DNA of 64,000 nt from Deltaproteobacteria bacterium. Lineage in GTDB: Bacteria > Myxococcota > Kuafuiibacteriia > Kuafuiibacteriales > Kuafuiibacteriaceae. Position 1 is the first letter of the stretch; each line of letters starts with the position of its first letter. Shown piece by piece: positions 18,833 to 26,528 of the stretch. The stretch lies in contig JAVJQW010000008.1 in NCBI GenBank assembly GCA_040218735.1, positions 32,001 to 96,000 on the forward strand, written 5' to 3'. The notes under the pieces are model-generated. The model saw nothing but the letters and a program-made list of their open reading frames with translations, did not search any database and was not told the DNA's origin. A program made the translations under genes and the position numbers.

Positions 18833-19729
18833 ATGAGCGAGTGGTGGGCGCTGACGGTCGAGGTCGAGGGAACACCGCGCGTGCTCCGCGCGCGGACCAG
18901 CCAACGCATCATGATCGGGCGAGCGCGGACGTGCCCGATACTCATCCCGGCGGCGACCGTCGCTCGCCAGCACGCCAGCCTGGACGTCGACGTCGACGGC
19001 CGTGTGTTCCTACAAGACCTCGGCTCCTCGAACGGCGTGTGGCTCGACGGCGAGAAGATCCTGCGCGCCGAGCTCCCGGTCGGCGCCGAGTTGATGCTCG
19101 GGCGCGGCGTCGTCCGCTTCGTCGGCGTCACGCCGGCCGACGCCCCGCAACGCTGGGTCCTGGGCGTGGAGCTCACCCGCGACGGTGAAGACGTCCGCGA
19201 GCGTTTCGAGCTCGGGCCGACCGACAGCGTGAAGGTCGGCGGCCCCCGCCCGGACGTCGCCCTCCGCCCCGACCGATGCACCGTTCTTCGCGTCGACGGA
19301 GGGGTCATCACCGTCGTCCGGCCCGAGGGCCAGCACACCCACGACCCGAACACCCCGCTCGACATCGACGGCACCGAGGTCTGGCTCACCGTCACCCCCG
19401 CCGTCCACGCTCGGCCGGTCACGACCGCGCCCCACGCGGAAGGGAGCGACGCCGCCTGGCGCATCCGCATCGGCGGCGCCGGCCTCACCCGCGAGTTCGA
19501 CGTCGCGACCCACGAGCGCGTCTTCATCGGCAGCGCCGACGAGTGCTCACTGGTCCTGCGCGACGCCAAGGTCGAGCCGTGCCACGCGACGGTCTCCGTC
19601 GACCACAAGGGCCGCCTGATCGTGGAAGAGCAAGCACGCGACCCCGCGATCCGCCGCACCCACACGGAGGACGCCGCGCTGATCGTCGGCCCGTTCGACC
19701 TCGAAGTGGGGATCGCTCGCCTGAGTTGA
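18833..19729 (+). CDS. FHA domain protein (one canonical, further degenerate FHA-like repeats)
   Basis: IGR...VARQHA...DLGSSNGVWLDG; later FIGS...VEPCHA. Confidence 0.8.
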   Translation: MSEWWALTVEVEGTPRVLRARTSQRIMIGRARTCPILIPAATVARQHASLDVDVDGRVFLQDLGSSNGVWLDGEKILRAELPVGAELMLGRGVVRFVGVTPADAPQRWVLGVELTRDGEDVRERFELGPTDSVKVGGPRPDVALRPDRCTVLRVDGGVITVVRPEGQHTHDPNTPLDIDGTEVWLTVTPAVHARPVTTAPHAEGSDAAWRIRIGGAGLTREFDVATHERVFIGSADECSLVLRDAKVEPCHATVSVDHKGRLIVEEQARDPAIRRTHTEDAALIVGPFDLEVGIARLS

Positions 19730-19735
19730 CGCGCG

Positions 19736-22700
19736 TCAGGTCGAGGTGCGGCCGCGGAAGGGAAGGACCAGATCGGGCTCGGGCTTCGAGGCGTCCCTGA
19801 GGCCGTGGATGAAGTAGAAGGCGCCCTGCTTCTTCGACGTGACGGAGTAGAAGCCGAGGCGCCCGAGCCCCGCGCAGAAGGCCTCGATGTCGTCGAAGTA
19901 GTTGGCCGGCTCCCAGATGTGGATCTGCCCGTCGACGTGCAGGCACCGGTGCGCTTCGCGGATGTAGTCCGTGAAGTTCGCGCCCATCAGCGAAAGGCAA
20001 AAGATCGCGACGTCGAGGCTCTCGTTGTCCTGCGGAACCGCCGCCAAGTCGCAGGCCTGGACGTGTTCGTTGACCGCCACGTGGTCGAAGCTGAAGACGC
20101 GGTGTTTGTCTTTCACCGCATCGGCGATGAGTGCCTCGCCACAGCCGAAGTCACCAATGTCGAACCCCTCGCGAAGGTTCAGCCAACGAATCTCCTCCTC
20201 GAACGGCACGACGTCCCAGCTCTTGCGAATCTCTTGGTACATCGTGTGGTAGTGCGCCCACTCCTCGGGGTTGATGCTCAGCCGATCGTGGGTCTTGTGA
20301 CTGGTGCTCGCGTACCACCGGTTGTTCATGACGCCGAAGTCACCGTACCTGCGCGTACGCTTCGCGACGTCGCCGGGCTCCCGGGAGAGCGGGACCTTGA
20401 TGAGCTTGCGTTCGATGGTCTCGAGCACCCCCGTTTCGAGCCGGTCGAGCCAACCCATGATGTCCTGCTGCGCTTGCGCCTCGGTCCTCAGGTTGCCTTC
20501 GGGCACGACACCATCCACCGCTGCGTCCGCGATCGACTTCTTGTACTCGAGGCGATGTAACTTGGACTCGCAGTACGACCAGCGCTCGCCGTTTACGTAC
20601 GCGTAGGTCACGGGGATGACGACCTTCACGCGCTCGAACTTGCTGCCCTGTCGCCAGAGCCTCGCACGGAGCTGCTCGTACTCCGCGTTGGTCCACGGCA
20701 GCGCGTTGAGGATCAGCTTCCCACAGACATGCTGTAACCCATCGACCCCGGTACTCACCCGGCTCGAAGCAATCAGAACGTCGACGTCTCCGTGCGGCTT
20801 CTTGAACTCATCGAGCGCAGAGTCATCGCTCTTGCCGGTGAACAACCCCGGGCGAAAGCCCGCAGCTTTCACCGCGTCCCAGATCTGACTCGCGATGCCG
20901 TCGACATAGTGCGTGTAGATGAGTGTCTTCGTGCCCGGTTCGAGCTGCTCGACGATCGTGGGGAGCCGGATGCTGGTCAGGACCCGCTCCATCTCCAGGA
21001 CGGTCCCGCGCCCGACCCGCCGGATGGCGTCGAGTCGGTCCGCGCAATCGATCTCGACCTTCTCCGTGTCGAGCTGGGTCGTGTAGTCCGGCTTCCAGCG
21101 CGTCCCCAGCGTGACGAAGCGCTGGTAGAGGCGCATGCAGTTCTGGACCGTAGCCTTCGTCTCCAGGTCTTCGTGTTTGTAGCCCGTGATCATCTCGACG
21201 AGGCTTCGCCCCTCCTGCAGCGTGTTGATGACCGGCGTGCCCGACATCCCGAGCACACAGAGCTCCGCGTTGCGTTTGCCGCCCTCCAAGACCAATGCTT
21301 GCACCAAGCGCTTGCGGCGACTCATCTGCTTCTCGTCCCGCTGTTTCGCGAAGTGGATCTCGTCGATGACCACGAAGTCCACGACGTGCCGCGCGATGAA
21401 GTCGACCAGCTTCGCCTCCGAATCGGGCTGCTGAAACTGCTCGAAGTTCATGATGAGGTAGCGGGGTGCATCCGAGAGGTCGTCGCCCCACGTCGGCTCC
21501 CAGGTCTTCGTTTCGACACGCGACACCGGGAAGGCGTTCTTCACCTCGCGCTCCCAGTTGCTGACGACGGCGTTCGGGCAGCAGATGACGGTGAGCGACG
21601 ACTCCGTGAGGCGCGTCGCGAGCACCGCGCTCAACGTCTTGCCCGCCCCCATCCCCGACCAGTTCCCGAAGCGTCGCTTCTCGGAGACGCTAACTGCGAC
21701 GTGCCGCTGCATGAGGTGTGGTGGACAGACGTCGTGTGCGGGCGTCGGGCGGAACGCGTAGCCTTCGGGCAGCGCCATCTTCTGCGCAGCGTCGAACTCG
21801 GTGAGGAAGCGGTCGCGCACGATCGTCGAGTACGCATCCCCCTCGAAGCTGCGGGCCTGCGCCTCGGCTTCTTCGGGGACGCGATAGGCGTGCCTCCATA
21901 ACTTCGCCTTGGCGCTGTCGAGGAGGAACTTCACCGTCTCCGCGTCCGCGTTCGCGACGAGTGTGCTGTCCAGCGCCGCCAGCGCGTCCCGCGTCTCCAC
22001 GACGGGGAGCCGGTAGATGTCGAGGGTGTCTCCAGGCTCCTCCGGCTCGACACTAGGCTGGTCTTCGATCGCCGCCGAGACGTCGATGTCCCCGTCGGAC
22101 TCGTAGGCGCTGTCCGGTGCGTCCGGCAGCGCGAAGGGGTCATCCGGCGGGGCCCCCGTCTTCTTCTTCTCGGCCGGTGGGTCCTGCAGCTCCAGGGTGA
22201 AGTCTTGGTTCGTGGCAAACTCATCGACGAGCGACGGTTCGTCACGTGAGAACTTCTCGAGCTCCTCGATCGGGAACCTGCCCGTAGTCAGCGCGCGCAC
22301 GAAGGCGGTCGATGCCCCTCCGCGTAGCGCACCCGCCTGCATGGCCAACGCGAACATCTCGCTCGGCGTGAGGACGTCGAGGTGTCCGAGGAGCGACTGA
22401 ACGAACGCTCGGATGCTGTCGAGCGTCCACGCTCCGTAACACTGCGGGCAGCGACTTCGAGAACGGGTGCGGCTACGGACGCCCGCGCGGAACTCGTGCC
22501 CCTTCGAGCAGAGCCACCACGCGCTCATCTTGTGGTCGGGGTCCACCTGTTCGGCGCTCAGGTCGCCGTTCTTGTGCGGATGCCACTCCGACGCGATTTC
22601 GGGAAACCGGGCCGCCAAGGAGTCACTGGCCAGCGCGCAGTGCGGGCAACCGTCGTCCGTGACCATCTGCAGAGGGCTCCTCCGGAAGCTGTGTCCTTCG

Positions 22701-23023
22701 TCGCAGACCCACCACACCGGCGCGTTGTGGCCCGCGTCGATCGCGGCCGGAGTCGTTTCGTTCTTGGCAGGGTGCCAGCGCTTCGCAAGCTGCGGATGGG
22801 TATCAGCGAGGCTCGCTCCTCCCAGCGCACACTGCGGGCAGGACGGATCCTTCGACATCATCCGCGGCTTGCGCTCGAACGAGTGCCCGTTCGGACACTT
22901 CCACCACACCGTTCGATAACTCTTGGCCTGGTGTGCGGAGGCGGGCTTTTCGTTCTTGGCTTCGTCCCAGAGCGCGAGCAGCGCGGGGACGTCCGAAATC
23001 ATGTCAGCCATCGTCGTCTTCAC
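19736..23023 (-). CDS. Triple Zn-ribbon (DUF4379-like) + SNF2-like SF2 helicase + Rrp8/Methyltransf_8-like SAM methyltransferase fusion
   Basis: Three WWxCxxGHxF...CPxC units; GMGAGKT, DEIH, SGTP, STGVDGLQ, QLRARLWRQG; DFGCGEA, FSFD, ACD, AIFCLSLMG. Confidence 0.85.
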   Translation of the reverse strand: MKTTMADMISDVPALLALWDEAKNEKPASAHQAKSYRTVWWKCPNGHSFERKPRMMSKDPSCPQCALGGASLADTHPQLAKRWHPAKNETTPAAIDAGHNAPVWWVCDEGHSFRRSPLQMVTDDGCPHCALASDSLAARFPEIASEWHPHKNGDLSAEQVDPDHKMSAWWLCSKGHEFRAGVRSRTRSRSRCPQCYGAWTLDSIRAFVQSLLGHLDVLTPSEMFALAMQAGALRGGASTAFVRALTTGRFPIEELEKFSRDEPSLVDEFATNQDFTLELQDPPAEKKKTGAPPDDPFALPDAPDSAYESDGDIDVSAAIEDQPSVEPEEPGDTLDIYRLPVVETRDALAALDSTLVANADAETVKFLLDSAKAKLWRHAYRVPEEAEAQARSFEGDAYSTIVRDRFLTEFDAAQKMALPEGYAFRPTPAHDVCPPHLMQRHVAVSVSEKRRFGNWSGMGAGKTLSAVLATRLTESSLTVICCPNAVVSNWEREVKNAFPVSRVETKTWEPTWGDDLSDAPRYLIMNFEQFQQPDSEAKLVDFIARHVVDFVVIDEIHFAKQRDEKQMSRRKRLVQALVLEGGKRNAELCVLGMSGTPVINTLQEGRSLVEMITGYKHEDLETKATVQNCMRLYQRFVTLGTRWKPDYTTQLDTEKVEIDCADRLDAIRRVGRGTVLEMERVLTSIRLPTIVEQLEPGTKTLIYTHYVDGIASQIWDAVKAAGFRPGLFTGKSDDSALDEFKKPHGDVDVLIASSRVSTGVDGLQHVCGKLILNALPWTNAEYEQLRARLWRQGSKFERVKVVIPVTYAYVNGERWSYCESKLHRLEYKKSIADAAVDGVVPEGNLRTEAQAQQDIMGWLDRLETGVLETIERKLIKVPLSREPGDVAKRTRRYGDFGVMNNRWYASTSHKTHDRLSINPEEWAHYHTMYQEIRKSWDVVPFEEEIRWLNLREGFDIGDFGCGEALIADAVKDKHRVFSFDHVAVNEHVQACDLAAVPQDNESLDVAIFCLSLMGANFTDYIREAHRCLHVDGQIHIWEPANYFDDIEAFCAGLGRLGFYSVTSKKQGAFYFIHGLRDASKPEPDLVLPFRGRTST

Positions 23024-23035
23024 CCTCTGCGTTGG

Positions 23036-25906
23036 TCAGCGAGGACCGGGGAGCGGCGGCGGCTCGATGCAGTCCGTCGAGAACCACCGCGGGTCCTGGG
23101 GATCGAGCGCCTCGCCGTCGACCAACGGGAGCCCGGGACCCTGAATCGCCTCGCCGGCGGCCTCGTCCTCCGCGAGCGCGAGGTTCATCTCCAGGAGGAA
23201 CTCGGTCGCCTCCTGGTCCGCCGGCTTCCCGTAAGCGGCCTCTACCGCCGCGTCGAGCTTGGCCTGCGCGTCCTTGAGCGGATGAGGCCCCGCGACCTCG
23301 GCGGAGCGGTAGAGCTCGCGGAGCGACCAGCCGTTGGCGTCCATGAGCTCCCGGCGCGTCGCGCGGAGCTGCTGGGCGGCCTGCCCGACCGCGATGACGT
23401 CGTCGAGGGTGGGTTCCTGCGGCCAGGGGAAGGTCTTCCAGACCTTGGAGGTATAGCGAATGTCGCTCTTGAGTCGGCCACCCTTGGCTTTGGTCCAGGC
23501 CCAGTGCAGTGAGGACTGAATGATGCCGAAGCTGTAGTCATCCTCGTATGCGAAGAGTTGCAGTGTGTTCGTCGGAACGAACTTGGTGGAGATGAACGTG
23601 AAGATCGGGCGCGTCTGAGGACTCGCGCACACGACGTGACGAGCGTCGACGCCCCTTCGTCGCACGAACTCGAAGTATCGAGCGCTCGGATCGCGAGGCA
23701 TCCACCATCGACGAAGCCAACCTGCGTAGTGTTTGGTCGACTTGGGGTTCGATGCGCGCGCCTCGATCATCGGATAGACGTGCGCGCGCAGATGCCGCGC
23801 CGCGGTCGGACTCGCCGAGCGTGCAAGCTCCTCGGTCGAAGAGTCCGCCAACCATGCGCAGTACCCGGGTTGCGAGACCAGCTTGCCGCCGAGCATGTCG
23901 CCTCCGGTGGCGATGGGCCGCGCGACCCCGTCGTCTGCGGCCCCGCGAAGTGTCTCGCCCGTCACGACGAAGTCGGAGCTCCCGAGAATCACACCGAGCG
24001 CGGTCCCTTCGGCGTTCGAGCGGAGCGTTCGCGCGCCCTTCAGATCGGGCTGAATCCGTAGCTCCGGACCCACGGCATCGACCTCGTAGATTCGGTCGGC
24101 GACCTGAAGTCGGAAGGGCCCCTCTCGCGATTGCAGCGTCCAGTTGACGATGCTTACGTTCAGAACGGCGGCGCCGCCCCAAGCGCGAGAGGACACCGCA
24201 TCCGTGATGGTTCCGCCCGCGTTGACGATGTACTCGAGCGACATCTCGTTCGCACGACCGACTCGAATCCCGCTCGTTCCGATGAGTCCTGCGCGTCCAG
24301 TGTCAGCGAGGCGATCGTGCGCGCGCCGAAACCAGTGCGTACACAAGTCGACATTGATCGTGCCGTATCGCTCGCGAAGTCGTGCGAGGTACTCACGCCC
24401 CAACTCCTGTCGTGCCTTCTGTGATCCCAAGAACGGTGGGTTCCCGACGATCGCGTCCGCCTCCGGCCAATCCGTGAACAGAGCGTCGGCGCACACGATG
24501 TTCTCATCCAGGTTGTCCAGCGGCAGCGACGGATCCACCTCGATCGGGAACTGACCGAACTTCGCGAGCACCTCCTCCTTGCGCTGTTCGAAGGCGATCT
24601 TCTTGGCGATGTTGAGCGTCGTCTTCGCGAGCTCGACCGCGAACGGGTTGATGTCGATGCCGAAGAAGTTCGTCGTTTCGATGCGGGAGTCCCACGTCAC
24701 CGCTCCCTTGCCGCTCGTCGCCGACGGGAACGCCTCGTAGATCCGGACCAGCACCTCCGTCTCGAGGCGGTAGAGCTCGCGGAAGGCGACGTACAGGAAG
24801 TTGCCGCTCCCGCAGGCCGGATCGAGCACCCGGTACGTCCGCATGTCCTTGAGGATGGTCTTCAGCTGCTCGAGCGTCTTCGCCGCCCCGATGCGCTCGC
24901 GCCACGGCTCGACGATCGTCGGGCCGACGACGCTCATGATGTCGTCGCGCGCCGTGTAGTGCGCCCCCTGCGCGTGGCGCTCGGCGTCGTCCATCACGCC
25001 CTGGAACACACTCCCGAAGATGTGCGGATCCACGTGGATCCAGTTGGCCTCCGCCGCCTTCGTCAACGCCCGCAGCACGGCGTCGTTCAACGCCAGGTCC
25101 GTCGCGCCTTCGAAGAGCCCTCCGTTGAAGTACGGGATCGACTTCGATTCCTCGTCGCGCTCCGCGCGGGGGGTGTTCATCCATCTGAACAACTCGCCGA
25201 GCTTCGCCTCCGCGTCGCCGTCCACGCCCGCCTGATACAAGAGCGCCGTGAAGTACTCCTTGGGCAGCAGCCCGATGTCCTCGGCGAACATCGCGACGAT
25301 GCACCGCAGCGTGAATCGAATGGCGTCGTCCCGGCGCTCCGGGTTCTCGGCGGCGAGCGCGCGGTAGACGTGCGCCACGAGGTCGGCGACCTCCTTGCTG
25401 ACCTTGTCGACGTTGATGATCTTCGGCGTCGTCCCGGGGATCCAGTCCGGCGCAAAGAAGGGGAACGCTTCGCTGTACTTGGGCAGCTCGTCGAGCGCCA
25501 GCGTGAGTCGAGGGGCGTGCCGATCGTTCGCGAGATCGTAGAGCCGCACATCGCGCTGATTGGTCAGCACGACGTACTGCGGCTCGGCGTCCATCTGGAC
25601 GCAGGCCCGATACAGCTCCCCCCAAGCGAGGTCGAGCAGCAGTTCACGATCGACCACGTCGACGACCACCCGACGTTCGGACCCGTAGGCCGCGACCGTC
25701 CTCCTGGCCTTCTTGCCCGCAGCGACGATCCCGAACTCATGACGGAAGTCGAACGCACCGTCGTCGTCGACCAGCCCGAAACAACGAATCAGCCTCTCGG
25801 CGAACGTCGCCCCGGCGTTCCGCCCACGAATCCCCCCCGCAGCTTCGAGCGCGAAGCGCCTGAGCGCCATCTTCGTGCTGGCCGCCGGCTGTCGCCCCTC
25901 GTGCAT
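23036..25906 (-). CDS. MmeI/YeeA-like (type IIL/IIG architecture) DNA adenine methyltransferase with degenerate N-terminal nuclease
   Basis: FAEDIGLLP, YFNGGLF, IFGSVFQ, GAHYT, LDPACGSGNFL, GIDINPFAV, IVGNPPF, C-terminal FPWP...LDAAV..AYG; start 25906 or 25870. Confidence 0.88.
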   Translation of the reverse strand: MHEGRQPAASTKMALRRFALEAAGGIRGRNAGATFAERLIRCFGLVDDDGAFDFRHEFGIVAAGKKARRTVAAYGSERRVVVDVVDRELLLDLAWGELYRACVQMDAEPQYVVLTNQRDVRLYDLANDRHAPRLTLALDELPKYSEAFPFFAPDWIPGTTPKIINVDKVSKEVADLVAHVYRALAAENPERRDDAIRFTLRCIVAMFAEDIGLLPKEYFTALLYQAGVDGDAEAKLGELFRWMNTPRAERDEESKSIPYFNGGLFEGATDLALNDAVLRALTKAAEANWIHVDPHIFGSVFQGVMDDAERHAQGAHYTARDDIMSVVGPTIVEPWRERIGAAKTLEQLKTILKDMRTYRVLDPACGSGNFLYVAFRELYRLETEVLVRIYEAFPSATSGKGAVTWDSRIETTNFFGIDINPFAVELAKTTLNIAKKIAFEQRKEEVLAKFGQFPIEVDPSLPLDNLDENIVCADALFTDWPEADAIVGNPPFLGSQKARQELGREYLARLRERYGTINVDLCTHWFRRAHDRLADTGRAGLIGTSGIRVGRANEMSLEYIVNAGGTITDAVSSRAWGGAAVLNVSIVNWTLQSREGPFRLQVADRIYEVDAVGPELRIQPDLKGARTLRSNAEGTALGVILGSSDFVVTGETLRGAADDGVARPIATGGDMLGGKLVSQPGYCAWLADSSTEELARSASPTAARHLRAHVYPMIEARASNPKSTKHYAGWLRRWWMPRDPSARYFEFVRRRGVDARHVVCASPQTRPIFTFISTKFVPTNTLQLFAYEDDYSFGIIQSSLHWAWTKAKGGRLKSDIRYTSKVWKTFPWPQEPTLDDVIAVGQAAQQLRATRRELMDANGWSLRELYRSAEVAGPHPLKDAQAKLDAAVEAAYGKPADQEATEFLLEMNLALAEDEAAGEAIQGPGLPLVDGEALDPQDPRWFSTDCIEPPPLPGPR

Positions 25907-25944
25907 CGCGCTGACATACACCAATGCGGAGCCCACATGGAGGC

Positions 25945-26511
25945 TCACCGCAGGCGCAGCATCAGCAGCACCACCGTCGCGCCCACCACCAGCAACGCCG
26001 CAACGATCAGCCACAGCGGCGGCCCCGCGTCCGCCGGCATCGCGATGGTCACCTCCTGCACCGCGTACGCGCGTTTGCACGACACGAGCACGACCTTCAC
26101 GCCGTACAGGTCCTCGTCGAGCGGGATCGCCTTGCGCACGACCTCCAGCGTTCGCTTCGACTCGGGCGGCACCAACGACTGCACCTCGGTGCGGAACGCG
26201 CGGCCGCCGCCGGCGAGTGTGCGCGCCGAGCGCGTGGGGAGCGCCTCGGGCCGAGTGTTCTCGATGTCCTCCAACGACGCGCCGAGGAACACCCCCAGCT
26301 CGGCCGCCGTGATCGCGACCGTCGCCGTGGAGCGCACGTCGACACGGACCGTGACGTCACGGCGCGTCGGTTTGCCTTGGAACATACGCGTCGCATAGCG
26401 CGCGGTGGCGCTCACGACTTCGAGTTGCTCGGTGCAGTCGGGCTCGGCCCACGCCGCGGACGGCGCGGACGGCGCGAGCACGAGCACCCAGGCGAGGTGA
26501 CGAATCAGCAC
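25945..26511 (-). CDS. Hypothetical exported protein with C-terminal membrane anchor
   Basis: N-terminal signal peptide ending AWA; C-terminal hydrophobic helix followed by RLR. Confidence 0.7.
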   Translation of the reverse strand: MLIRHLAWVLVLAPSAPSAAWAEPDCTEQLEVVSATARYATRMFQGKPTRRDVTVRVDVRSTATVAITAAELGVFLGASLEDIENTRPEALPTRSARTLAGGGRAFRTEVQSLVPPESKRTLEVVRKAIPLDEDLYGVKVVLVSCKRAYAVQEVTIAMPADAGPPLWLIVAALLVVGATVVLLMLRLR

Positions 26512-26528
26512 TCAGGCGAAGCGACGAA

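Noticed and set aside
25907-26080. Long N-terminal extension of the methylase ORF (likewise the 6657, 36725, 45232 and 55155 ORF starts)
   Set aside because: Overlaps neighbouring genes or lacks an RBS; downstream starts fit domain boundaries and coupling better
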